A stretch of DNA of 51,895 nucleotides from a bacterium (GCA_029561175.1 JAKQJL010000041.1:1-51895); one strand, 5' to 3'; positions 35,381 through 45,330 are shown, numbered from the stretch's first letter. Notes: generated by a model from the sequence alone, not told the origin. Program-made: numbers and translations.

Positions 35381-36096
35381 ATTTTAATTATCTCCATCAG
35401 TTTATCACCCCACCACCAACTAATACCAGTTGCACCAATTAAAAATGGTCCAAAGGGGATAGGGTCAGTTCTTTTTTTAATTTTTAAAATTATTAAAATT
35501 ACTCCAATTATGGCCCCAATAATAAACGCCAAATAATAAGCAACCAAAATCTTGGGAAATCCTAAAAACATGCCCATAAATATGGCTAACTTCACGTCTC
35601 CAAACCCAATTCCTTTACCCTTAGTTACCAAATATAAGATTAATAAAAACAAAAACGACCCCAAGCTCGCCAACAAAAAATGATTAAAAATAGTTGCCCA
35701 ACCAATTAAAATATAAGTCGAAAAATCGGGAAGAATCATATACTTTAAATCAAAAACCAAACTAAAAACTAAAAAAACTTCTATTGGCCACAACCAATAA
35801 TCACTCACCAAAAATAATATTCCTAACAACAATTCTACTAACGGATAAGATATCGATAATTTTTTATCACAACACCGACTTTTTCCTTTTAATAATAGCC
35901 AAGAGAGCAGGGGAACATTATCAAACCATTTTAATTGCTTACCACAATGATCACAAAAACTTCTTTTTTGGTTTGTTCCTTGTAATTTGTTTCTTGTTAT
36001 TTCGTATCGCAACGCAGTGCGATACGTTAACATATTTACAAAACTTCCCAAGCATAATCCCAACAAAAATTTAATTACTCCAAAATATATTTCCAT
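35371..36096 (-). CDS. pilD: Prepilin peptidase
   Basis: GSFVN, RSFCDHC, DLKYMILPD, GFGDVKL, IPFGPFL. Confidence 0.93.
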   Translation of the reverse strand: MEIYFGVIKFLLGLCLGSFVNMLTYRTALRYEITRNKLQGTNQKRSFCDHCGKQLKWFDNVPLLSWLLLKGKSRCCDKKLSISYPLVELLLGILFLVSDYWLWPIEVFLVFSLVFDLKYMILPDFSTYILIGWATIFNHFLLASLGSFLFLLILYLVTKGKGIGFGDVKLAIFMGMFLGFPKILVAYYLAFIIGAIIGVILIILKIKKRTDPIPFGPFLIGATGISWWWGDKLMEIIKIWL

Positions 36097-36109
36097 AAAT
36101 TACTTTAAC

Positions 36110-36137
36110 AAAAAATCCCGACCGAAGTCGGGATTTT
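36110..36137 (-). terminator. Intrinsic terminator after the probable major pilin
   Basis: AAAATCCCGAC-TTCG-GTCGGGATTTTTT on the minus strand. Confidence 0.88.
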
Positions 36138-36150
36138 AAATTAACTAAAA

Positions 36151-36852
36151 TTAAGGAACACATTTAAATATGGCGACTTCACCTGAAGTAATTGCTGTAG
36201 TTGGTTCACCCCAAGCATCATCTCCAGTACTTGTTGGAGCAGCACAATCTCCCGTACCAGCGGCTATGCGTGTAGGTGTTGCCCCTCCTAATAAACACCA
36301 TAATTGATTTGTTGCCGTATCTCTGTTTGATTTTGCTTTTGGAACATAACAAACATAGATAGAACCACCAGAACCGCTATCTTTATACATCCACAAACCA
36401 TTCTCATCAAGTGAAGCTACGGTTCTAAATTCATCTTTGCCCACAAAAGCAGGTTTTAATTCGTCTTTAGTAATTAATAAACCCGGAGTCGTACTTGTTG
36501 TAGAACAAGCGGCAGATGTAGTTGTGGCAGGATCTGTTAAAGTAGCACTCGCATCACAAATACCAAAACCAATAGTGTCCGATCTTAACAACATAGCAGT
36601 TTCAACACTAGGTTTATTACCAGCAGGACCATAAACCATCCATGGGTAAGATTGACTATTAGCATAAAATCTTTCATAAGCATTCATGACTTCAGCGGCA
36701 TCGTTTTGAACCGTCGAATCTTTAGCTTTGTTAGCTTGTTCAATTGGATTAATGGTTGCTAAAACCGCCACCGACAAAATTGCGATTAAAGCAATTACGA
36801 TTAACAGTTCCACTAAGGTGAAACCACTCATCTTTTTTAAATTCTGTTTCAT
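36151..36852 (-). CDS. Type IV pilin, probable major pilin
   Basis: MKQNLKKMSG-FTLVE; own TATAAT (36863-36868) and terminator; alternative start 36885. Confidence 0.85.
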   Translation of the reverse strand: MKQNLKKMSGFTLVELLIVIALIAILSVAVLATINPIEQANKAKDSTVQNDAAEVMNAYERFYANSQSYPWMVYGPAGNKPSVETAMLLRSDTIGFGICDASATLTDPATTTSAACSTTSTTPGLLITKDELKPAFVGKDEFRTVASLDENGLWMYKDSGSGGSIYVCYVPKAKSNRDTATNQLWCLLGGATPTRIAAGTGDCAAPTSTGDDAWGEPTTAITSGEVAIFKCVP

Positions 36853-36894
36853 TTTGTAAAAAATTATAATCTTTCTAACATCCATTATTTATCA

Positions 36895-38109
36895 CTAAAA
36901 TTGGCTTGTCAAGTTATATATTGGCATTAATACCGCCACCACCAAAAATCCTACCCCAATTCCCAAGACAATCATGATCAATGGCTCGATAGCTGAGGTT
37001 AACGCTTTTACCGATTGTTCGGCTTCTTTAGAAAAGTATTCTGATACTTTTTGTAAAACTTCATCTAGTTTTCCCGTCGCTTCTCCAGTAGACACCATCT
37101 GATTTACAATAATAGGAAATTCTCCAGTTTCTTCAAAAGAGCTACTAATTGAAAAACCTTTTTGAACTCTTTCAGCAATTTTTAAAAATGCCTGATTAAA
37201 AACTTCATTATCAGCCACATTAGAAACAATTCTTAAAGCATCAACCAAAGTAATACCCGCCGTTAACAACATCGACAAAGTTCTAATTGTATTAGCCAAG
37301 ATTGTTTTTTGGATTAACTCACCAGCAATTGGAATCTTTAAAATTATTTTATCTCTTTTGTATCTAAAGTTAGGCAATCTCGACCCAATTCTAAACACTG
37401 GAATTGCGCCTCCGATTAAAACTGGCAGTAAAAACCACCATTTAGCCATAAAGTTGGAAACCGCCATCATTCCTTGAGTAATCGCCGGCAATTTGGCATC
37501 ACCAAAATCAGCATACAAACCCATTAATTTTGGAATCACCACCACCATCATAATAATTGCCACGGCAATCATACCCACAATCACAATCACTGGATAAACC
37601 ATTGCCCCTTTAACTTTGGCCACAAACTCATCCTGATTCTCTAAATTTATGGCCAACTTCGATAAGACTTCCTCCAACACACCACCTTCTTCTCCAGCTT
37701 TAATCGATGCTACATAAGCTTCTCCAAAAACCCCTTCATATTTCTCTAAACATCTGCCCAAAGGTAGACCACCTCTAACTCCAGTCAAACAATTATCTAA
37801 AATCTCATACAACGAAGGATTGTTTTCCGATTGATCTCTTAATAAGGAAAGAGCATCAGTTAGAGGTAAACCCGAATTCATCATGGTTGCTAACTCACGA
37901 GTTAAAGTTGCCACTTGTTTTAAACCCACTCGATTTAAAACTTTTTTAGATAGTTCACCTAATAGTCCATTTTTCTGTTCACTTACAGCCAACAAAATTA
38001 ATCCATTATTTTTAACCGACTCAATTACTGTCTGTTTATCGGACGAATCAATTACTCCATATACATTTTTTCCATTCCAGTCTTTAGCCCGATAATTAAA
38101 TTTCGTCAT
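36895..38109 (-). CDS. pilC: Type IV pilus platform protein PilC (GspF family)
   Basis: Two T2SSF repeats: AGEEGGVL, AMVYP, GEATGKLD, IEPLIM. Confidence 0.95.
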   Translation of the reverse strand: MTKFNYRAKDWNGKNVYGVIDSSDKQTVIESVKNNGLILLAVSEQKNGLLGELSKKVLNRVGLKQVATLTRELATMMNSGLPLTDALSLLRDQSENNPSLYEILDNCLTGVRGGLPLGRCLEKYEGVFGEAYVASIKAGEEGGVLEEVLSKLAINLENQDEFVAKVKGAMVYPVIVIVGMIAVAIIMMVVVIPKLMGLYADFGDAKLPAITQGMMAVSNFMAKWWFLLPVLIGGAIPVFRIGSRLPNFRYKRDKIILKIPIAGELIQKTILANTIRTLSMLLTAGITLVDALRIVSNVADNEVFNQAFLKIAERVQKGFSISSSFEETGEFPIIVNQMVSTGEATGKLDEVLQKVSEYFSKEAEQSVKALTSAIEPLIMIVLGIGVGFLVVAVLMPIYNLTSQF

Positions 38110-39176
38110 ATCCCTTTAATACTCCTCAGTTTATTAGTAAATTCAGTTGGTTTTAAAGCATGGCTCATTGCCACTTCTTCACTTACTAATCCCTGATTAA
38201 CTAATCTGGCCAATGATCCCTCTAAAGTAATCATTCCCGCATCGGCACTAGTTTGAATAATATTATCAATCATAAAACTTTTTCCTTCTCGAATATTATT
38301 TTTTACTGCCGAATTAGCCACCAAAACTTCCACCGCCGGCAATCTACCTCCATCTAATGTTTGCACTAATCTCTGAGAAACAATTGCTGAAATCACTGTC
38401 GATAATTGCATTCTAATTTGCTCTTTGGCTCCTTCTGGAAAAACATCAATAATTCGGTCGATTGTTTGAGCCGCCGAATTGGTATGTAAAGTTGAAAATA
38501 CTAAATGACCAGTTTCAGCAATCGTTAAAGCCGATTGGATCGTTTCCAAATCTCGCATTTCTCCAATAAATACTACATTTGGATCTTGTCTTAAAACTGA
38601 ACGTAAAGCTGAGTTGAAACTTAAAGTATCAAAACCAAGTTCGCGTTGTGAAATCATCGATTTTTCCGGCTTAATTATATATTCAATTGGATCTTCGACG
38701 GTTACAATATGAGTTTTTCGAGTTCGATTAATTTCATTTAATATTGACGATACTGTCGTTGACTTTCCTTGTCCGGTTGGACCAGTAATTAATACAAAAC
38801 CTTGTTTTAAATTAACAAACTCACTAACAATTTTAGGCAACCCCAACTGTTCAAAAGATCTAATTTCCGACGGAACCACTCTTAAAGCTGCCGCCACTTC
38901 ACCTTTTTGATAATAAATATTTACTCGAAATCTTGTTTCATCAACTGCCAATGAAAAATCTATTTCTTTTTCTAATTCAAATTTTTTTATTTGCTCTGGG
39001 TTTAAAATCGACAAAATTTTTTGGCTCATCTCGTCACTTCGACCAATTTCAAAATTTGCCACTTCAATTAATTCACCATTGACTCGAAATTTTGGCAATA
39101 CCGATGAAAACAAATGAACATCTGAAGCCTTATTCGCCCCAGCCATTATTAAAAGTTGTCTGATTGTTTGATCCAT
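38106..39176 (-). CDS. pilT: Retraction ATPase PilT
   Basis: GPTGQGKST, VEDPIEY, LRQDPN, AETGHLVFSTLHTNSA, AVKNNIRE. Confidence 0.95.
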   Translation of the reverse strand: MDQTIRQLLIMAGANKASDVHLFSSVLPKFRVNGELIEVANFEIGRSDEMSQKILSILNPEQIKKFELEKEIDFSLAVDETRFRVNIYYQKGEVAAALRVVPSEIRSFEQLGLPKIVSEFVNLKQGFVLITGPTGQGKSTTVSSILNEINRTRKTHIVTVEDPIEYIIKPEKSMISQRELGFDTLSFNSALRSVLRQDPNVVFIGEMRDLETIQSALTIAETGHLVFSTLHTNSAAQTIDRIIDVFPEGAKEQIRMQLSTVISAIVSQRLVQTLDGGRLPAVEVLVANSAVKNNIREGKSFMIDNIIQTSADAGMITLEGSLARLVNQGLVSEEVAMSHALKPTEFTNKLRSIKGI

Positions 39177-39177
39177 A

Positions 39178-40917
39178 TTAGTATTGAGCCACCCGAAGAA
39201 CTTCTTCGATGGTAGTAATTCCTTCTAAAACTTTAACAAAACCATCTTGTTTCATTGTTAGCATTCCTTCTTCCATTGCCTGTTTTTGGATATCGCTCGA
39301 CGATCTCTTTTCCACCACCAATTTACCGATTTTTTCAGAAATTGGCATCACTTCGTAAATAGCAATTCTTCCCAAATAACCAGTGTTATTACATTTATCG
39401 CACCCAATAATCTTTGGCATTTGAATTGGCTTTCCTTCTTTTTTCCATTTATCTTCCACCATATTAAATAATGGACCCAAGGTAGTTTTAAATTCTTTTA
39501 AAGTTTCTTCATCTACATTAACCATAGTTGAACAGTTTTTACAAACTTTTCTTAATACCCGTTGACCAACCACACAAGTTAACGACGACACCAATAAAAA
39601 TGGTTCTACCCCCATATCCAACATTCGGGGAGGAACTCCAGCCGCATCGTTTGTGTGCAAAGTTGAAAACACCAAATGACCAGTTAAAGAAGCATTAATT
39701 GCTAGCTCGGCAGTTTCAGTATCCCGAATTTCTCCTACCATCATTACATTCGGATCTTGCCGCAAAAATGATCTTAATGCCGAAGCAAAAGTCAAACCTG
39801 CCTGAACGTTAACTTGAACTTGATTTACTCCCTTCATTTGATATTCCACTGGATCTTCCACTGTTACCACATTAACTTTCGGAGTTGCCACAATATCCAA
39901 AACAGAATATAAAGTAGTGGTTTTACCAGATCCAGTTGGGCCACAAACAATAATTATTCCATGAGGTCTAGCAATCCCATCCATTAAATTTCTCAAAGCC
40001 AAACCTCTCAATCCCAACTCTTGAAGAGTAGGCACTTTCTGAGATTTCTTTAACAACCGCATTACCACTTTTTCACCATAAGTTGTTGGTAAGGTTGATA
40101 CCCGCAAGTCAACATCATTATCATCCACTGAAAAGAAAAACCGACCATCCTGAGGAACTCTTTTCTCATCAATTTTTAAGCTCGACAAAATTTTTATTCT
40201 CGACACTACTGCGTCATTCACATTTCGAGGGAGCACATATTTTTCTTGTAGAACACCATCAATTCGGTATCGAACTCGAACATTATCTTCCTGAGGTTCA
40301 ATATGAATATCCGAAGCTCGCGCCTTAATTGCATATTCCAAAACAGTATTTACAATTTTTGCTACCGGAGCCTCAGCTGATACTTTCTTTCGAGATTCAT
40401 CAACTATTTGTTCTTCATTTTTATGTTCATCTAAAGCTTTGGTAACTTCCGAAGTTATCCCTTTTTCTCGAATATATTTCTCTCGAATAAACGATTCGAT
40501 TTGTTTCTCCATCGACATTGCCGTCTTAACCTGCATTCCCGATTTCTTTTCCAAAAACTCTACCGTTTCCAAATCTAGGGGATTAGCCATGGTTACCAAC
40601 AAAACCTTGTTTTTAGTATCCATTTTATATGGCACTACCTTATATTTAGTGGCCACACTTTCTGGAACTAACGCCAATGCTTCCGGAGAAAATCCAATCT
40701 CATCCAAATTAACATACTCTACGTTTAAAAATTCAGCTTTTGCTTTAACAAAATCTTCTTCGCTAACTAATCTTAATGATTTAATTATTTCCTCTTCTAT
40801 TTCTCCAGTTTTAAGCTGTCTTAAGGCAATCTCATCAGCCGCTTTTTCGTCGATCAATTGACGATCAAGCAATATTTCACGAATATTTTTATAATTCTTT
40901 TGGGCAGACATTACCAT
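39178..40917 (-). CDS. pilB: Extension ATPase PilB (GspE family)
   Basis: ASDIHIEP, GPTGSGKTTT, Zn Cys pairs, GYLGR. Confidence 0.95.
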   Translation of the reverse strand: MVMSAQKNYKNIREILLDRQLIDEKAADEIALRQLKTGEIEEEIIKSLRLVSEEDFVKAKAEFLNVEYVNLDEIGFSPEALALVPESVATKYKVVPYKMDTKNKVLLVTMANPLDLETVEFLEKKSGMQVKTAMSMEKQIESFIREKYIREKGITSEVTKALDEHKNEEQIVDESRKKVSAEAPVAKIVNTVLEYAIKARASDIHIEPQEDNVRVRYRIDGVLQEKYVLPRNVNDAVVSRIKILSSLKIDEKRVPQDGRFFFSVDDNDVDLRVSTLPTTYGEKVVMRLLKKSQKVPTLQELGLRGLALRNLMDGIARPHGIIIVCGPTGSGKTTTLYSVLDIVATPKVNVVTVEDPVEYQMKGVNQVQVNVQAGLTFASALRSFLRQDPNVMMVGEIRDTETAELAINASLTGHLVFSTLHTNDAAGVPPRMLDMGVEPFLLVSSLTCVVGQRVLRKVCKNCSTMVNVDEETLKEFKTTLGPLFNMVEDKWKKEGKPIQMPKIIGCDKCNNTGYLGRIAIYEVMPISEKIGKLVVEKRSSSDIQKQAMEEGMLTMKQDGFVKVLEGITTIEEVLRVAQY

Positions 40918-40945
40918 ATACTAATAAGATAATATACAATTATCC

Positions 40946-41566
40946 ATGTTATTTCCATCGACATTATTAATCTATAAAAATAGTTTTGATTCTAAGGTTA
41001 TATCTGAGCTTATCGCTCAGCTAGATCATCAACTAGCCAACAACCCTGATTTGCTTACTCTTACTGAGTACGATATTAAATCTGTTCGTCAACTCGATAA
41101 ATTTATCTCTCTCAAACCATATGCCCATTCATCAAAAATTATCATTATTCCCGATGCACACTTACTTAGCCTCGAATCTCAAAACACTCTTTTAAAAAAT
41201 CTTGAAGAACCCAAGCAAAATTACTTTATTCTCACTACTAACCATCCAGCTAAAATTATTACCACTGTTTTATCTCGCTGCCATCAAATTATTCTCGATC
41301 ATCAAAATCAACCCACCGATCAAGCTTTCACCCTCCCAAAAACTCTTGAACAAGCACTGCTTTTATCCGACAGTTTAGCCAAAAACAAAGTTGAAACTAT
41401 AAACTATCTTGAATCTCAACTCGAATCGTGGCAAAAAATTTTAGTTTCCCAGCCAAACCCTAAAAACCACCAAATTATCAATCAATTAATTCACACTCTT
41501 AACTTAGTTAACGCTAATGTTGATCCAAAATCAGCTCTCGACTCTTTATTTATCAACTTACTTTAA
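40946..41566 (+). CDS. holB: DNA polymerase III delta' (HolB)-like protein
   Basis: SQNTLLKNLEEP, TVLSRC. Confidence 0.8.
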   Translation: MLFPSTLLIYKNSFDSKVISELIAQLDHQLANNPDLLTLTEYDIKSVRQLDKFISLKPYAHSSKIIIIPDAHLLSLESQNTLLKNLEEPKQNYFILTTNHPAKIITTVLSRCHQIILDHQNQPTDQAFTLPKTLEQALLLSDSLAKNKVETINYLESQLESWQKILVSQPNPKNHQIINQLIHTLNLVNANVDPKSALDSLFINLL

Positions 41567-41621
41567 TGTTCTCCGCACTTTCACCTCATAGATTATTTTT
41601 TTAGTGCTATAATTATTCCAA

Positions 41622-42752
41622 ATGTTTTCTCCGGTTTTTACCATTAATAATAAGATTCTTAAAAATATCTCGATTATTGAAGCGGCCAAAGCCATAATCG
41701 ACGAAGCCCCACTTATTCCTGCTTACGAAAAACAATTTCGAGAAGAAGCTATGGTCCGAACTGTCCATTACGGTACCCGAATTGAAGGTAATGATTTAAC
41801 TTATCAAGAAGTTGCCAAATTAGTTGAAGGCCGAAATATCACTGCCACCGATCGCGACATTCAAGAAGTAATTAACTACCGTAATGTTATGAATTATCTT
41901 GAAGAGTTATGGTCTTTGTACGAAGCCAACATGCCTCTTCCTGACGAAAAAACTGTCCCTCAATTTGATGATCAAGGCAAAAGACCATTTTTTTATAGCG
42001 AAAGCATTATTAAACGTATTCACGAATTAACTACTACCAAAATTATTTCTGAAACCGAATCCGGCAAATATCGTCATCAACAAGTGGTTTTAAAAAACAC
42101 CAAAACTGGCGAAATTGCTCATCGTCCACCTCCAGCCATCGAAGTACCTTATTTAATGACCGACTTTGTTGATTGGTTAAATCACCCTGTTTCGCGAGAA
42201 ATTCATCCAGTTATCAAAGCGGCTGTTTCTCAATATATTATGGTGGCTATTCATCCTTTTATTGAAGGCAATGGTCGGGTTTCTAGGGCCTTTTCAGTTC
42301 TACCTCTGACCGTTGAAGGTTACGACATTAAAAGATTATTCTCTCTCGAAGAATATTTTGATCGCAACGCTGAAAACTACTACAACACTATTCAGGCTAC
42401 CCATCAATTATCATCAGAAATTTTTAAACGAGATACTACCAAATGGATTGAATACTATACCGAAGCCTTAGCTATTGAATTAAATCGAGTTAAAGAAAAA
42501 GTTCAAGCATTGTCCCGAGACTTAAAATTCAAACAAAAACTTGGCGGTCATCAAGTTCACCTAACTGAACGACAAATCAAACTAGTTGAATACATGCAAC
42601 AGTTTGGGGGTTTAAGAATGCCCGATGCTCAATCTTTACTTCCCATGGTTTCAGACGATACAATTTGGCGAGACCTAAAAAAGCTAATCGACGACAAGGT
42701 GGTTATTAAAAAAGGATCCACCAAAGGCGCCTATTACTGTCTTGCTAACTAA
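41622..42752 (+). CDS. Fic family protein with C-terminal winged helix
   Basis: HPFIEGNGRVSR; N-terminal GTRIEGN; TIWRDL HTH. Confidence 0.92.
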   Translation: MFSPVFTINNKILKNISIIEAAKAIIDEAPLIPAYEKQFREEAMVRTVHYGTRIEGNDLTYQEVAKLVEGRNITATDRDIQEVINYRNVMNYLEELWSLYEANMPLPDEKTVPQFDDQGKRPFFYSESIIKRIHELTTTKIISETESGKYRHQQVVLKNTKTGEIAHRPPPAIEVPYLMTDFVDWLNHPVSREIHPVIKAAVSQYIMVAIHPFIEGNGRVSRAFSVLPLTVEGYDIKRLFSLEEYFDRNAENYYNTIQATHQLSSEIFKRDTTKWIEYYTEALAIELNRVKEKVQALSRDLKFKQKLGGHQVHLTERQIKLVEYMQQFGGLRMPDAQSLLPMVSDDTIWRDLKKLIDDKVVIKKGSTKGAYYCLAN

Positions 42753-44665
42753 TGTTAACCCTTAAAGATTTTAATTTAGAAACACTAACTCCCGATCAAA
42801 TTGGTCAGATTCTTATCGATGCCAAAAAAGCTTATTACACCACTAGTAAGCCCATTATGGACGATCACACCTACGATACCCTAGAAGAAATTCTCAAGAG
42901 ATTATCGCCTCATCATCGGCTATTTCAAAAAATTGGCCATCCAAATTTCGACACTGGCTTTGCTAAAAAAAATCACTCCATGCCCATGGGGTCGCAAAAC
43001 AAAGTTACCTCGCAAGCTGACTTGATTCACTATTTCGAACTAAAAAACATTCCACTCTCTACCGAATTTGTCATTCAACCAAAATGCGATGGCATCTCTT
43101 TAGAAATAATTTATCAACATGGCCAATTTGTTGAAGCTATTACCCGAGGTGACGGCCAAGTAGGCGATCTAATCAGTCAAAATGTGGTTAAAATGAAAAA
43201 CTTTGTTGCTCAAATTAGCTCTGATTTTTCTGGCTCGGTTCGTCATGAAATATTGGTCACCCAAACTGATTTTCAAAAATTAAATCAAATCAGTTCCGAA
43301 AAATATTCTAATCCGCGCAACGCTGCTTCTGGTTTATCTCAACGACTAGATGGCCAATTTGCAGAATTTTGCAGTCTTTACGCTGTCGATCTTTATCCCA
43401 GTACCATTTCCGAATCTGAAAAAATCAATTTTTTAAAAAACAATGGCTTTACTCCAGTTGAAAATTTTTTGGTAGATCATTTAAATCAAGTTGAATCAAT
43501 TTATCAACAATTTTTATCAAACAGAGCCAATTACCCTTACGACACCGATGGTTTAGTCATTAAAATTAACGATTATCAACTTAGTCAAAGTTTAGGCTTT
43601 AAAAACAATCGACCCAAATTCCAAGTTGCCTACAAGTTTCCATCTCAATCCAACACTACTGTCATTAAAAATATCACTTGGCAAGTTGGACCTTTAGGGA
43701 CCATTACTCCCGTCGCTCAAGTTGAACCAATTGAAATTTCTGGGGCCATTATTACTTACGCTTCTCTGGCCAACGCCTCGCTAATCATTGAAAAAAATAT
43801 TAATCAAAACGATATTGTCGAAATCAGTCGCCGCGGCGATGTTATTCCCCATGTCGAAAAAGTAATTACCAAAGTCACTCCTGGCCACACCACCATTCCT
43901 CAAAACTGTCCTGAATGCCACCACCAGTTAATTCAAGATCACAAATTTCTTCGCTGTCCTAACCCCAACTGTCTTCCTCAAATCATTGGCTCCTTAAATC
44001 TCTTTTGCCAAACCTTAGAAATCCTAGGAATATCTCAAAAAACCATCCAAAAATTATATTCAGAAAATCGAGTCAAATTACCTGGAGATTTTTATCTGTT
44101 AACTGTCAACGATATCAAAGATTTGGAAAACTTAGGTGAAAAAAGTGCTCAAAATATTATTTCCCAAATTCAATCTAAAAAAAGTCTTACTCTTAAACAA
44201 GTTTTTGACTCAGCCATTATCCCTAACTTTAGTGGTCAACGAATTGGGCAACTAATTTCTGCCGGTTTTGATACTCCTCAAAAAATTCTTGACCTTTCTT
44301 TAGATCAACTCTTGGCCATTAAGGGTTTTAAAACCACCCTAGCGCAAAAAATCATTGACGGTCTTCATCAACGCCGCCCATGGATCGAGTCAATTCTTTC
44401 TCAAGTTGAGCTAATAGCTAGCTCTAATTCTTCGCAACTTTCTGGGCTTACTTTTTGTATTACTGGTACCCTTTCTATTCCTCGAAACGATTTAATAAAA
44501 GTTATTGAATCTAATGGCGGCAAAATTACTTCTTCAGTTACTTCCCAAACTTCCTACCTAATTACCAACGAAACTAATTCAACTTCAACCAAGTTCACTC
44601 AAGCTCAGAAACTTGGAGTTAAAATCATTTCAGAAGCTGAATTTAATCAGTTAATTAATCATTAG
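42752..44665 (+). CDS. ligA: NAD-dependent DNA ligase
   Basis: KCDG, TRGDG, NPRNAASG, Zn finger, HhH, BRCT. Confidence 0.96.
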   Translation: MLTLKDFNLETLTPDQIGQILIDAKKAYYTTSKPIMDDHTYDTLEEILKRLSPHHRLFQKIGHPNFDTGFAKKNHSMPMGSQNKVTSQADLIHYFELKNIPLSTEFVIQPKCDGISLEIIYQHGQFVEAITRGDGQVGDLISQNVVKMKNFVAQISSDFSGSVRHEILVTQTDFQKLNQISSEKYSNPRNAASGLSQRLDGQFAEFCSLYAVDLYPSTISESEKINFLKNNGFTPVENFLVDHLNQVESIYQQFLSNRANYPYDTDGLVIKINDYQLSQSLGFKNNRPKFQVAYKFPSQSNTTVIKNITWQVGPLGTITPVAQVEPIEISGAIITYASLANASLIIEKNINQNDIVEISRRGDVIPHVEKVITKVTPGHTTIPQNCPECHHQLIQDHKFLRCPNPNCLPQIIGSLNLFCQTLEILGISQKTIQKLYSENRVKLPGDFYLLTVNDIKDLENLGEKSAQNIISQIQSKKSLTLKQVFDSAIIPNFSGQRIGQLISAGFDTPQKILDLSLDQLLAIKGFKTTLAQKIIDGLHQRRPWIESILSQVELIASSNSSQLSGLTFCITGTLSIPRNDLIKVIESNGGKITSSVTSQTSYLITNETNSTSTKFTQAQKLGVKIISEAEFNQLINH

Positions 44666-44688
44666 CAGTCGTCATTGGTGACTGCTAA
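44662..44688. repeat. Inverted repeat over the ligA stop codon
   Basis: TTAGCAGTC-GTCATTGGT-GACTGCTAA; no U-tract. Confidence 0.6.
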
Positions 44689-44749
44689 CAAATGTCTAAA
44701 ATTAGATTAAACCAATACATAGGCAATTAATCAACATATAACTATAACA

Positions 44750-45268
44750 ATGAATATCATAATAGGTCTAGGAAACCCCACCAAAGACTATCAACATACT
44801 CGCCATAACCTTGGTCAAGACATTTTAAAAGCCTATGCCCAAGCTGTAGATCAAAAGTTTACCCATCAGGCCAAAACCCAAAGTTATCTGTTTAATTATC
44901 GCCAAAATACTTTTGCTTATCCCGATTGTTACATGAATTTATCTGGTTATCCTGTTCAAAAATTATTAGCATTTTTTAAACTCAATCCTCAAAACTTAAT
45001 TGTCATTCATGACGATCTTGATCTTCCAGTAGGGGAGTGGCGCTACCAATTTGACCGTGGTCCTGCTGGTCACAACGGTATTAAATCAATTATTGAACAA
45101 TTAGGTACCCAATCTTTTTGGCGCTTTCGAGTTGGCATTGGCAAACCAACTAATCAAATCCCAATTGAAGATTATGTTCTTCAACCGTTTACTCCTGAAG
45201 AAAAGTTGGTAATCGCCAGTGTCACTGATAAAATAGTCACTGAACTTAAAAATCTTCTGGGCCATTAG
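44750..45268 (+). CDS. pth: Peptidyl-tRNA hydrolase
   Basis: GLGNP, TRHNLG, YMNLSG, HDDLD, GHNGIKS. Confidence 0.97.
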   Translation: MNIIIGLGNPTKDYQHTRHNLGQDILKAYAQAVDQKFTHQAKTQSYLFNYRQNTFAYPDCYMNLSGYPVQKLLAFFKLNPQNLIVIHDDLDLPVGEWRYQFDRGPAGHNGIKSIIEQLGTQSFWRFRVGIGKPTNQIPIEDYVLQPFTPEEKLVIASVTDKIVTELKNLLGH

Positions 45269-45330
45269 CTTATCTGGCAGAGCACCGCATTCGCATTGCG
45301 GAAAGGGCGGTTCGACTCCGCCATGGTCCA
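45259..45330 (+). tRNA. tRNA-Ala(CGC)
   Basis: GGGCCAT/ATGGTCC acceptor with G3-U70; anticodon arm CCGCA-TTCGCAT-TGCGG. Confidence 0.92.

Noticed and set aside
34238..40861. Short alternative-frame or antisense ORFs within the pilus cluster
   Set aside because: Nested in well-supported genes, no motifs.
44408..44428. Possible heptamer tract GAGCTAA-TAGCTAG in the ligA linker
   Set aside because: Only two clear units; too weak on its own.
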